A stretch of DNA of 64,000 bases from Candidatus Latescibacterota bacterium (GCA_965237525.1 CBDEFO010000008.1:960001-1024000); one strand, 5' to 3'; positions 41,723 through 52,992 are shown, counted from the first letter of the stretch. Notes: generated by a model not told the origin, from the letters alone. Made by a program: numbers and translations.

Positions 41723-44700
41723 ATGTCAGATCAGATCCCGATGCCTGCTACAGTACTTGAACATCTTAGAACTGAAATGATAGGCCAAGAAATTGACGGA
41801 TTAATTATCAGAAGTCTTCTAGGTTTCGGAAATACCGCTGTCACCTATGAGGTAGAGGATACAAATGGAATTCCAGCGGGGGCGTTGAAATTGGTGACAC
41901 GTGAGTCTTACGGTAATAGAGCTCCATTTCGGGAAATTGGTCGATTTGCACAGGTAGAAGACGAGCGGTTCCTTGTACTGCCAAAATGAACTGGTGATTG
42001 GTCCTTGGAGCTAGGAGGCAAGAAATATGAGTTTATATGGTTTCTTAGTAGGTGCGTAAAGGGTCAAACTCTTAGGGATTTTCTCGAATCAAATCTCGGT
42101 TTTTCGGCTAAAACCGAGATACATAGATATGTGGAACATCTTACCGCAGCTCTCGATGAGCTTCAGAGAGTAGGATTTAGTCACGGGGATCTCCACGACC
42201 GTAACATAATGCGGGAAGTAGTTGGTGCAAAAGGTCGCCTTCCTGAGACCCGTTATGTAATTATCGATTTCAGTGAAGCGCATCCCGTTGAAGCAACGGA
42301 AGAAGGATTATCAAAAGATATAGAATATTTTGGCCGCCATCTGAGGAGTTTTTATGACAATGTTGGCCAAAGGGAAACCATCACAAGAGATGATGAGAGG
42401 ATTCTAGACGCAATAACTCATATACCCGGACTTCTTAACGGCACTGCCCCCGAGTCAATGGGTATTTCTAAATCGTCAGATGTTTTGAACAGATTCAAAG
42501 ACGGCGTAAGATCTGCCGAAGAAGCGCCGCGGAAACTTCGTACCCCCTTTGATTCCCTCAGTACGGAACATATTGCAAACGATGATTTACTTGCCGATCT
42601 TTGCTTCACCGAAATGTGGTGGACTTCGGAATTGGAGAAGAATAAGAATCTGCTATTGACTGGTCCTCGTGGCTGTGGAAAGACGATGATTTTTCGTCGA
42701 TTGCGCTTAAAAACAAAGATTGCGGCAAAGAAAATCTGTAAAGAAATTGAATCTGATCCGCATGTCGGCTTTTACCTCCCCTGCGAATCGCTTTTCTACA
42801 TGACGTTCTCTGATCTATCGGAAGTTAGCATTGAAGACAATAAGGATGCGCTCATACTGTTTTTCAATATGGCTGTATTGGCAGAGGTCTCTTCGACCCT
42901 GTCTGTTCTCCCCGATTCCTTTCAGCCGGTTTCTCAAAGTATCACTGGAGCCTTATCTAAACTTGTAAAGGAAGAGATTGGGACGCTTTGGGAAGAATTA
43001 AGGTTCCCTTCTGTGGCTACAAGTTTAGATGAGTTTGCTGTTTTTGCAGAGGATGTAATGCGCCATATACGCAGATCCATTGCCTATGGCAAGACCATCC
43101 CTTCTCTCGGTTCAACAGATTTCGTGACACGATTAGTTGAAGTCGTAAAAAAGGAAGTTCCTTCTCTTTCCGGACGATGCTTTATTTTCTTTGTTGATGA
43201 CTACACTGAAGAGCGCGTCCCAATAGCGCTTCAAGAAGCCCTCCATCCCATCGTGTGTCAACGCTCGTCAGATCTGTGTTTCAAGATTTCAACCCACATG
43301 TTCGGATCGATATATGACTTCCCGCGACCCCTCGCGCTTGATGAGGGGCGAAATATTATGGCGATTAATCTAGGCTCTGCATATTTGAAGCTGAACAAGC
43401 GAAGCAAAGAAGGAAAGTTATTACTGAAAATCTTAAACGAGAGATTCAGAAATTGTGACGGGTACAAGGGAACAATCGAGAAATGGCTTGGGAAAACATC
43501 GCATCCAGGAGACCGAACTTTGAGCTGGGCACTGCACGATGAGAAAACCCGACAGAAAACTCAGTACCATGGTGTTCAATGCTTAATGGATATCTGTACG
43601 GGTGATTACAGCGAAATGATTAGAACGGTCGGGGAAATATTTAGTGAGGCAAGAATAGAGCCTGATACTCCGGTCAAAGAAATTCCACCGCCGGTTCAAG
43701 ACAGGGCAATTGATAGGGTCTCCAGAGAGTATCTTGGACGTGTTCGCCATATTCAACCAGATGGACAGAAACTATTCGATGTTGTAGACTGTTTCGGAAA
43801 GCTTTCAAAAGACCTACTGTATGAGAGAGAACCTGTTGGTCAGGGCAAGGACAGTAAAGGGCAACCGAGAAAAGATCCTTTTGATCTCTTAACTATTTAC
43901 GTTGACGACCTTACGAAGGCTACACCGGGTGCCCGCAAAGTGTGGGAGCTTCTTCAAAGGGCCTCAATCTTTGTGGATACAGGGTTAGCGCCTTCGCAAC
44001 GAAGCGTTATTGCCGGTCGTGGGACGTTGAGGCGCATATACTGTCCAGCATTCAGAACTACCTTGTCGAGCAGTGAACACCTACAGACGACGAAGTATCA
44101 ATTTGAATGGTTTATGGATAAACCCGACGAATTTTGCAGGGACCAGTATCGCCGCAAAGTGAAGGAAAGAGACCAACCTACCTTCTGGAAAGAGGATGAG
44201 ATAGAACAAGTTGAAGAAGAGGATATTGTGCCAACGTCCTTTCCAGATGACAAAGACCACGCAGATTTTGCTGACGAGACCCCGACTCAGTGGATTGAGG
44301 TCGTAGATTCGCTTCCCGAGTTAAGTCCTTTGGATGATGTAGTACATCAGAATTCAAGCTTTGATCTGTACATAGGGGCACTAGGATTTGAAGAACGAAC
44401 GGCAAAAGCTGCTGCTGCCTTGGTACGTAAAGGGGTTCGAATCCATAATGCTGTCCTACTAGAACTTGACATGTATTACGAAGCGGCAGAGAATAGACGA
44501 GAGGAATACGAGCAGATTATTAAACAGCTTACATCTGGGAGACCCCATAGACCTTTGAATGCACCGATTAGTGTCCAACATCACACTTTTCCTGAACAAA
44601 TGGAAAGTTTGTTGCAGGCTCTATCAAAAGCTGAAACTCCCAAAATCTTGTTTGATTGTACAAGCTGTCCATCAATAATACATTCCCAAAGTCTAGCAGT

Positions 44701-45373
44701 TCTATTGAAATATCCCTGCAATTTGACAGTTTTGTACTCCGAGGCGGCAAAGTACTTTCCCACACCGGAAGAGTGGGAAACTGTCAAGTCCAACCCTTAT
44801 AGCGAAAGAGTTCAGGGACCATTTGTGGGCGTTAGATTTGTGGCGAAACCACCCCTTCTGCAGTCGGACGACAAGGATGAACTCCCTGTATTACTTATTC
44901 TATTTCCGACATTCAATACAGAACGCACTGACCACGTCTTAGCCGACCTAAACCCAGCGGCAAGCACATGGATCTTCGGGCAACCACACGACCTTTCAAA
45001 AAACGCATATCGTGTACAGATGGCAAAGTCATTTGCTGCCCCCATCATAAACCCAGGAGACCCTTGGACAGAACTAAGTACATTTGACTATAGAAAAAGT
45101 CTCTCTGCGTTAGCAGGTATATATGCAAAGCATCGTCTTAGCCATCGCATAGTTGTCATGCCGCACGGTAGCAAGATGCAGACTCTAGGCGTAAATCTCT
45201 TCGCTGCTGTCCATCAAATATCAATGGTGTTTCCAATGCCCAAGACATATGATCCTAACAGATATTCCGAAGGATGTCTACAAGTATGGGCAATTCCACT
45301 TGGTGAAACACAAAGTCTTATCAAGAAACTTAGAACCGGGCGAGCATTTGGCAGTGAGAAAACCTGGAGGTGA
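41723..45373 (+). CDS. Protein kinase / ORC-CDC6-like P-loop ATPase / tandem Rossmann-like fusion; in-frame TGA at 41987-41989
   Basis: ORFs 41723 and 42005 share a frame; GFGNTA, ALKLV, HGDLHDRN, DFS; GPRGCGKT, FFVDDY; GFEER, PHGSK. Confidence 0.8.
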
Positions 45374-45418
45374 TTTACTTTTCGATTGATCCAGAGAGCC
45401 GGGGCAACAACTCTTTCC

Positions 45419-47203
45419 CTAATCATCATCCTCGCGCTCGCTCAACAGCTCACCCCTCTGAAGCCGCTCCGCATTCTCCGTTGACCAGAGTATCCCTTTC
45501 ATCACCTTCTGCGCCGTTATGTATCTGGTCGCAGCCAATAGATGAATCCGCTTCTCCTCCGGATCATCCGATAAATCGTAATGCCGAAATGCGACCTCCA
45601 ACACCTGAAACATGTGTAGCTCGGCATCCTCCCTGAGCAGAATATGAGCGAGGGTCTTCCTAAGACTCGACATGTCGTGGCCTTCGTTCAGGTAGCGGTT
45701 GACCAGAAGCTCCGACTCGTAAACCTTCTGGAAGTCCGCCAGCTCCCCGAGACGCTCTAACATGTCCTCTGGCCCTCGGAAGGGTTCGTCCAGACCGTCT
45801 TCCGGCTTCGGAACGCGGGCAGAGGGCATGTTCAGCCAACGTATCAGCGTGGTAAATACCGCTCCGTGGAAGATCCCGCGAAGGAGTTCTTTGCTGGGCG
45901 CAATGTTGAAAGCGCAGTACAGGGCGTGGGCGTAAGAATAGAGATTCGCCACATCGTGCCAGTCCCCCTCGTTCTTAAGATGGAATCTTACAGTCCTTAT
46001 CGCCCCCGCGTAGGTCATAGCTCGGCAGAGATCAGTAGGGAGGACGCCCTGTCTGAGTTTCTCCTCAACTGCCCTTACCACGTCCCTGAAGTCATCTCCC
46101 AAAAGCGTATGGGCAAACTCTGAAATGTCCAACGATGATTCGCGCGACTGGTTCTCCTCCCATATTTCGTCCAGACGCGAGAAGACATCCTCCAGGACAG
46201 GGACGGTGTCCACCCAGAGCGAGGTTTCCTCGTGCCTTGTCCTCGAGACCAGATCTACCACGATAGGACGGAGTATCTCAACTGCGCCCTCCCAATCTAT
46301 GAAGTCCAGCGCCTCCAGAGTCTTATTGCCGAAGTCGAGGGCGTGGCCGTCTCCGGTGAAGTAGTAGTCGGTCGCTGTCGTGAAGATGAAGTCGGCGATG
46401 GTCTCTTTGGAATGTCCCCTGTCGAAGAGCGTCATTAGAATCCGTTCCGCTCCGGATGTATCTCTCTGCTCGACGAATCTCCTGAACCAGCGCTTCAGGG
46501 TACCTAAATCGTGAACCGCATCCCCGGGGAAGGGAAAGCGCCTCCTGCGATTCGACCGTCCCGCCGTCCTCCTCCCGACCTGCGTAAGGCCGTGCACCAA
46601 AAAGAGATTATGATCGTTGAGATCCACATCGTCCCACAGGTTCGCCGCTATGGTCAGAATCGTCACACCTGACGACCATCCCTCATTCGTCCTGGTGGCA
46701 CCGTAGTAGAATCCCTGTTGGACTATCTCCTTAATATCCGCTCCGGAGGTCCTCAAGGCAGTGATCGCCTTGGCCATCAGGAACGAACTGGCGTCCTTCA
46801 ACCCCTGTTGTAGCGCCTTTTGGCCCCTTTCTATCATCCGTCGCCGGGTGTCTTCGCTCTCATCTTTAGCCAGACCGACGTAGAGCTTGCCATCAGAAAC
46901 CTCCATCGGAAAGGACTTGACATCGTCACCACCTCCCAAGAAGCATCCTCCGGTGCGCAGGTCAAACTGCCAGTGATGCCAGTGACAGATCAATATTCCG
47001 TCTTTGACGCTCCCTTTCGAAAGGGGATACCCCATGTGAGGACAGCGGTTGTCCACAGCGAAGAACTCCGCGTTGTAGCGGAAGACCGCAAGATGGACAC
47101 CGTTAACCGTGAAAGCTTTTATATCGCCTTCGGGCATCTCATCTAGTGAACACAGACGGTGGAAGATCGTATTTCTACCATCTGTGGGATCGGATACACT
47201 CAC
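45419..47203 (-). CDS. Rieske [2Fe-2S] protein with long helical C-terminal region
   Basis: CPHMG...CHWH Rieske motif. Confidence 0.85.
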   Translation of the reverse strand: MSVSDPTDGRNTIFHRLCSLDEMPEGDIKAFTVNGVHLAVFRYNAEFFAVDNRCPHMGYPLSKGSVKDGILICHWHHWQFDLRTGGCFLGGGDDVKSFPMEVSDGKLYVGLAKDESEDTRRRMIERGQKALQQGLKDASSFLMAKAITALRTSGADIKEIVQQGFYYGATRTNEGWSSGVTILTIAANLWDDVDLNDHNLFLVHGLTQVGRRTAGRSNRRRRFPFPGDAVHDLGTLKRWFRRFVEQRDTSGAERILMTLFDRGHSKETIADFIFTTATDYYFTGDGHALDFGNKTLEALDFIDWEGAVEILRPIVVDLVSRTRHEETSLWVDTVPVLEDVFSRLDEIWEENQSRESSLDISEFAHTLLGDDFRDVVRAVEEKLRQGVLPTDLCRAMTYAGAIRTVRFHLKNEGDWHDVANLYSYAHALYCAFNIAPSKELLRGIFHGAVFTTLIRWLNMPSARVPKPEDGLDEPFRGPEDMLERLGELADFQKVYESELLVNRYLNEGHDMSSLRKTLAHILLREDAELHMFQVLEVAFRHYDLSDDPEEKRIHLLAATRYITAQKVMKGILWSTENAERLQRGELLSEREDDD

Positions 47204-47531
47204 TTGAAACCACCTCCTAATGTAAATATAAACAAAGGGTCAGCTAATCGAAAGATCACTTTGAAAAAAAGAGAATTAGGTATTGACAACACGACCTTTT
47301 TTAATATATTCATAAGGTACAGCACACGTATAATAATAAGCTTTTGAAACACCAATGTCAATGGGTTTGTGAAAGTCTATCAGCTCTTCTTCGCTTGAAA
47401 AATACTGTACACCGAGGTGTGTTTTTCATATCTTTGTATCGTTTTACAGGTTCCCTCTATGGATAGTTCACAATTTTCCCCCAAAAACTTCTTCGATACC
47501 CCCGTCAAGATATAGAAAGGTTACAATAAAT

Positions 47532-48443
47532 ATGAGGGTAGCGACAATAATAGGGAACTTTCTGGCGATTACGACTGGCACTTACGAACACATAGATACC
47601 GGTTTGCCTATACTGCTGGCCAACGAAGTGGAGACCACAGAGACGGGTTTTATATTCTACTTGAATTCGAGCGATCAAAAGCTGAAGGATACCGGGGCGG
47701 CATTCAGGGAAAGCGGCATAGCTTTGCGGTCTGTCCACGCTCCCTTCGGGGAGAGGGAGAATCTCTCCGCTTTAGATAAAGGTCAGAGGAAAGAGGCCCT
47801 GGATGTCCACAAGAGACTGTTGAGGAATGTTTCTTTAGCGGGTGTGGAGATGATCGTCGTGCATCCGGGGTCTAGTGTTGAGAAGGACGAAGATATTCCG
47901 ACTATGCATTCCCTTATCAGGGAGAGTCTGTCCGAGCTGGTTCCTGTAGCACAGTCTGAAGGAGTGAAAATTGCTCTGGAAAACATGCTCCCCGAGCATC
48001 CAGGTGCAGATGGAAGGGAAATCTTGAGTGTGGTGGAGGACATCGGCTCCGAGTGGCTCGGTGTCTGCTTCGATACAGGTCACGCACACATAAATGGGGA
48101 TATGAGGGGAACTATGGAGATCTTGAAAGATAAGATAATTACGTTTCATATTCACGATAACGACGGCATGAAAGATATGCACCTCCAGCCACCCTACGGG
48201 ACCATCAACTGGGCAGATTTCGTAGATTGTCTGGACACGATGGATTTTGGTGACCCCATAACGATTGAGTCGGCGCCCTGGGGAAGTGAGAGAGATCTGA
48301 AGTGGATGCAAAAAGAAGTGCGAACGCTCTTAAACGGCGCCAGAAACGGAGAGTACGGCAGGACCGCCGTACACTGCACCTCCTGCGGTCACAGGCTATT
48401 TAAAGGAGAGGAAGGATGGTTCTGCAGATGCAGCCAGCGCTAA
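47532..48443 (+). CDS. Sugar-phosphate isomerase/epimerase TIM barrel
   Basis: ALENM, DTGH, HIHDN..D.H, IE motifs; C-terminal CxxC...CxC. Confidence 0.85.
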   Translation: MRVATIIGNFLAITTGTYEHIDTGLPILLANEVETTETGFIFYLNSSDQKLKDTGAAFRESGIALRSVHAPFGERENLSALDKGQRKEALDVHKRLLRNVSLAGVEMIVVHPGSSVEKDEDIPTMHSLIRESLSELVPVAQSEGVKIALENMLPEHPGADGREILSVVEDIGSEWLGVCFDTGHAHINGDMRGTMEILKDKIITFHIHDNDGMKDMHLQPPYGTINWADFVDCLDTMDFGDPITIESAPWGSERDLKWMQKEVRTLLNGARNGEYGRTAVHCTSCGHRLFKGEEGWFCRCSQR

Positions 48444-48455
48444 AGCAGAGAAAAA

Positions 48456-49290
48456 TCACCTCCCCTCCAACGCCTCTTTGGCCATGTGGGCCATATGGTC
48501 ATCAGGATAAAGCTCGATAAGCTTTCCCCACCACATTTCGGCTTCCTGCCATTTTCCGACAGAAGCGTTCATACCACCTATATAAAACAGGGCATCCGGA
48601 TGCTTGGAATCGTACTTAAGAGTGGCAGTTAGCTCCTGTATGGCTCTTTGTGGTTCTTCTGCGTTGAAATAACACACAGCAATTTCAACTCTGACGTCCA
48701 CATTGGTGGAGTCCGCTTCGAGAGATCTGTTGTAGTAATCGATCGCTTGCTCGAACTTCCCGGCGTCTCGGTACATATTGCCCAGCCTCACTAAAGCAGC
48801 AGTATTCTTAGGGTCTACCTCAATCTGCTCTTTCAAAGCTTCAATCTCCCGAAAGACCTGCTCCATCACCTCTGAGCCCCCGGGAGGAGACATCACTCCC
48901 CCCGGAAGGAGCTTGTTCGACCTTTCCGCTTCGCTGAGCTAAAACAATTGCGAGCACTACAATGACAGGAATGGTAAGGATAGAGACCCACTTCAGAACT
49001 GGGTAAGTGTAAGACGTTGTTCCTGAGCGCTCCTCCTTGGGATCTATATCATCGGCAACAATCTCATTTTTTGCAGTAGTGTGTAAGATAACCCTCTCAG
49101 CTATTTCTATTGTCTTAGCTTCAGATATACTCAGCTCCTTTCCGCATTGTCCGCAGAAGCTGGCCTCCTTTTCCACCTCTGCTCCGCAGTTAGGACAGGA
49201 TTTGTTAGATTCAACTTTGGTTCCGCAGTTAGGGCAGAAGTTTGCGCCTTCTGAAACTGATGTGCCGCACTTTGTACATTCAATCTGCAT
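48456..49290 (-). pseudogene. Double zinc ribbon + TM + TPR protein, frameshift in homopolymer (possibly an artefact)
   Basis: Four CxxC pairs and a TM, then TPRs in another frame; C6 run at 48898-48903. Confidence 0.75.
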
Positions 49291-49431
49291 AGATTACTCC
49301 TTTTCGCACAATTCTATTTAGGGGGAACTCCCAGTGTGGAGCGTCACATTAATTCGTGGTTAGTTGCCACTTGACCCCGCAAGGCGTCCGTGCTGCCCTT
49401 TCTGACACGCCCGATTTATCCTTATTTGCAT

Positions 49432-49452
49432 GGCAGACACACGGGTCTGCCC
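49432..49452. repeat. REP-like palindrome
   Basis: GGCAGAC-ACACGG-GTCTGCC, matches 9593-9614. Confidence 0.7.
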
Positions 49453-49679
49453 CCACGGTATCCTAGAATGGACTCCCAACACCTACGTCGTGCAGGTCTA
49501 TTTCCCATTCCTGATGGGTTCTGGACACGGCCATGCGTAACACTGAAGGATCACATCGGTTTATCTTCATACCCATTACCCCTCTGTGTTTTCTCAATCG
49601 ATCCCAAGAGTCGGTACGCCATCTTGAACAGCGCGGACAGGCTATCCTCACTGGTCATTTACCGCGATCTGCAACGATC

Positions 49680-50597
49680 TCAAGTCTTCAGGAGTCCCTC
49701 CAACTGCTCGATGTGCCTTATCCCGACGACAACACTGCAAATACGAGGTTGGTCCAAAAGCCACCTTAAAGCGTACCGGGCCGGCTCGAGGCCAGCGGCT
49801 TGGGCTTCCTTCTCGTACTCTTCCAGCCTGGAGTACATGGCATCGTCGGGAACGGCGATCCAGTTCGGGATCTCGGCAGCGCGACTGTCGGGAGGGATTC
49901 TTTGACCCCGTTGATATTTCCCCGTCAGCAAACCGCCCTCCAACGGCTTATAAGGCGTCACGGCAATCTCATACTCCCGACAAACTGGCAAATGCTCAGC
50001 CTCCACATCGCGCGTGAGCCAGCTGTAAGGTGGCTGGCTGATCACAGGTCTCGGCCAGCCATTGGCGTCGCAGAGAGGGATCATTTCGCGGATCTGGGTG
50101 GCGTCAAAGTTTGAAAAACCCCAGTGGCGAACTTTGCCTGCAGCAATTAGTTGTTCTATCACGGCAAGCGACTCGTCCAGCGGCGTCTTCGGATCAGGAC
50201 GGTGCAACTCATAAAAGTCCACGTAGTCGGTCTGCAGGCGTTGGAGGCTGGCATCAATCTGATGGGTTATGTGCGTGTGACCCAGACCACCGCCATCATA
50301 TCCTCCGCCGCCGACGGGGTTGCCTACCTTGGTAGTGACGACCACTTGCTGGCGACGTCCCTCAAGCGCTTTTCCAAGAATCGCTTCCGCCACGCCTCCG
50401 GGAGAACCCAGGAAGCGGTCATAACCTTCGTATATGTCGGCGGTATCGATGAAATTGATGCCGTTGTCAATAGCCTGATGGACGATACGAATCACCTCCG
50501 CCTCAGCGACGGGTCTTCCGAAGGTCATCGTGCCCAGGCAGATCGTTGAGACACTCAGTTGTGTATTAGGTATAGGGCGCAGTTCCATACAGTTCAT
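49680..50597 (-). CDS. Aldo/keto reductase
   Basis: LGTMTFG, DTADIY, SLQRLQTDYVD, GKVRHWGFSN. Confidence 0.93.
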   Translation of the reverse strand: MNCMELRPIPNTQLSVSTICLGTMTFGRPVAEAEVIRIVHQAIDNGINFIDTADIYEGYDRFLGSPGGVAEAILGKALEGRRQQVVVTTKVGNPVGGGGYDGGGLGHTHITHQIDASLQRLQTDYVDFYELHRPDPKTPLDESLAVIEQLIAAGKVRHWGFSNFDATQIREMIPLCDANGWPRPVISQPPYSWLTRDVEAEHLPVCREYEIAVTPYKPLEGGLLTGKYQRGQRIPPDSRAAEIPNWIAVPDDAMYSRLEEYEKEAQAAGLEPARYALRWLLDQPRICSVVVGIRHIEQLEGLLKT

Positions 50598-50679
50598 TCC
50601 TCACTTTTGAAAATAGGAGTTTGCTGAAATCATCTATATTCTGGTTTTTTCTGTTCAGGAATGAAAGCTACCAATGCTC

Positions 50680-50868
50680 TTATCCGTTGTTCTGCCAGCA
50701 GCCCTCCTCCTGATAACCCCTGCCACCACAAGTTGCACAGATGCCATATTCACGTCTTGGTAATCCAGTGTCTTGCCAGACAGATTTGCCGTCCCACACC
50801 CCACAACTTCCGCAATCGCACTTGCCTTTTCCTTTGCAGTGTTTGCACTTAACCCTCGCGGCTGACAT
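50680..50868 (-). CDS. Small Cys-rich zinc-finger protein
   Basis: CKHCKGKG, CDCGSC, CATCGGRG; GAGG RBS. Confidence 0.6.
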   Translation of the reverse strand: MSAARVKCKHCKGKGKCDCGSCGVWDGKSVWQDTGLPRREYGICATCGGRGYQEEGCWQNNG

Positions 50869-51075
50869 TGTTGACCTCGTTGCTTAAATACGTGATTGAT
50901 GCTTGGTAGAAACACGAAGTGAAAAATCATTGATTTTATTATAAAAACATTACTTTGTAAAATCAAGGGTTTATGAGCTCAATTTTATAAGGATTTTACG
51001 AAAACTCATTCTTCTGTATCCCATGCAAGGGATTTTTCTTGCCAAACTCTTTAGATAAGAGTATCTTGTGTTGAT

Positions 51076-51131
51076 TCCCGATCCCCAATAGAATCCCCGA
51101 TAGACTCAATCAGGGATCAGGGATTCAATCG
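51076..51131. repeat. Family-A hairpin, multiply nested
   Basis: TCCCGA-TCCCCAATAGAA-[TCCCCGAT-AGACTCA-ATCAGGGA]-TCAGGGATTCAATCG. Confidence 0.75.
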
Positions 51132-51552
51132 CCGCTTGTTCCTGTTCCAGCCTTGCCAGACTATACAGCGCAAGTTGCCGTATTCTTGTAAGACTACGCA
51201 GACAACCTATGGACCAGACCATGCCCCATAGGGAGAAGCCTGTCCAGCGCTCCACGGAGGAGCCTCGTCAGGTCTTACATCTTATGTTTCTTTATAAAGC
51301 CCGATCCTGAAGAATCGAAGGGGTGTGGGCTTCCCGCTTTGTAGGGATTGCGTCAGCATACCGCCATTCGTAAGCGGTTGAGGAACGCGATCCGCCGCTA
51401 TTCTACGGTTCTAAGGGGTCTGTTCCTATCCGCTAAGAGCAGGATTTGAAGCCACACCCGCGGAGTGCCTATCGTGAGTCAAGCCGATGGCAGTGACTCC
51501 AGGTGGCGTCATTACGTTCGGCTATGGCTCAGACGAACTTAGGAGTTGAATA

Positions 51553-52965
51553 ATGACCGGAGGTCAATTGCTGCAGTTATTAGCTGCCCGTGTCGAGTCT
51601 GGTAATCCGCTGAGGGTGGGGCTGATTGGGGCGGGCAAATTCGGGACCATGTTCCTGAGCCAGGCTCGTCGAGTGCCGGGGCTGCACGTTTTGGGAATAG
51701 CCGATCTGTCACCTGAGCGCGCTTCAAAGGCGCTGCGATGCGCCGAGTGGCTGCCGGAGCAGTTTACGGCGACGAGCTTTGCGCAGGCCCTCAAAACCGG
51801 CTCCACCTATCTCACCGACAACGGCGAGTCACTTATCCAGGCCAATGGCTTGAAAGTTGTGGTTGAGGCAACAGGCGACCCCTCTGCCGGTATCCAGTAT
51901 GCGCTGAAGGCGTTTGAAAACGGTCGGTACGTGGTCATGGTCAACGTGGAAGCAGATGCGTTGGCCGGCCCCCTCCTGGCCGAACACGCTGCTGCGGCTG
52001 GTGTCGTCTATAGTCTGGCCTACGGTGACCAGCCTGCCTTGATCTGTGAACTGGTGGAGTGGGCCCGGACCAGTGGCTTTGAGGTCGTTTGCGCGGGCAA
52101 AGGGACCAAGTATCTGCCCATCTACCACACTTCTACACTCCATACAGTCTGGGAGCACTACGGTTTCTCGGAGGAGATGGTTGCGCAGGGCAATTTAAAT
52201 CCCCGGATGTTCAACTCCTTCCTCGATGGCACCAAGTCAGCCGTTGAAATGGCGGCGGTGGCCAACGCCACTAACTTACAGCCCCAGCCGGAGAGGCTGC
52301 GCTTTCCGCCCTGCGGGATCGATGATCTGCCGAACGTTTGCCTGCCTAAAAGCGACGGTGGACAGCTTGCTTACAAAGGCACGGTTGAGGTTATCTCCAG
52401 CCTCGAGCGCGATGGTCGGCCGGTAGACCGCGACCTGCGCTGTGGGGTCTACGTCACCTTTGAAGCGCCAAGTGACTACGTCAGGCACTGCTTTGCAGAG
52501 TATGGCCTCTTGACCGACTCCACCGGATGCTATGCGTCCATGTATCGGCCCTATCACCTGGTCGGCCTGGAACTGACTGTAAGTATTCTGAAGGCTGGCT
52601 TGCGGGGTGAGGCGACGGGTTCCCCCGTCGGATTCAGGGCTGATGTCATCGCAACGGCCAAGCGTGATCTAACGGCGGGCCAATTCTTAGACGGGGAAGG
52701 CGGGTATAGCGTCTATGGTTCGCTCATGCCCGCGGAGGATTCCCTAAAGGCGGGCAAGGCCGCTCTCTTAGTGGACAAGGTAACAAGCCACGAAGCGGAC
52801 CGTATGATCCCTATTGGCCTGGCACATAACGTGAGGCTCAAGAATAAGGTAGCAGCCGGTCAGTCTGTTCGTTGGTCTGACGTCGAGTATGATGAGACAA
52901 ACCCTGCGGCGCACTTCCGTCTAAAGATGGAGCAGCGCATGGCAAATTTTTCTTCCACCAGCTAG
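51553..52965 (+). CDS. Homoserine-dehydrogenase-like NAD(P) oxidoreductase with C-terminal SAF domain
   Basis: GAGKFG, NVEAD, GDQP, DGTKSA.EM, LDGEGGY. Confidence 0.88.
   Translation: MTGGQLLQLLAARVESGNPLRVGLIGAGKFGTMFLSQARRVPGLHVLGIADLSPERASKALRCAEWLPEQFTATSFAQALKTGSTYLTDNGESLIQANGLKVVVEATGDPSAGIQYALKAFENGRYVVMVNVEADALAGPLLAEHAAAAGVVYSLAYGDQPALICELVEWARTSGFEVVCAGKGTKYLPIYHTSTLHTVWEHYGFSEEMVAQGNLNPRMFNSFLDGTKSAVEMAAVANATNLQPQPERLRFPPCGIDDLPNVCLPKSDGGQLAYKGTVEVISSLERDGRPVDRDLRCGVYVTFEAPSDYVRHCFAEYGLLTDSTGCYASMYRPYHLVGLELTVSILKAGLRGEATGSPVGFRADVIATAKRDLTAGQFLDGEGGYSVYGSLMPAEDSLKAGKAALLVDKVTSHEADRMIPIGLAHNVRLKNKVAAGQSVRWSDVEYDETNPAAHFRLKMEQRMANFSSTS
52750..52800 (+). repeat. Family-B element in frame inside the SAF domain
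   Basis: GCGG..GCCGCT...AGGTAACAAGCCACGAAGCGG, encodes ...KVTSHEA. Confidence 0.7.
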
Positions 52966-52992
52966 ACAACACCTCTTTCTATTGGACAGTAG

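Noticed and set aside
32934..41989. Genome-wide stop-codon reassignment explaining the in-frame stops
   Set aside because: TGA, TAA and TAG all terminate clearly intact genes here, and the internal stops are of all three types
41987..42030. Selenocysteine at the kinase TGA
   Set aside because: Not a redox-motif position and only a weak downstream hairpin
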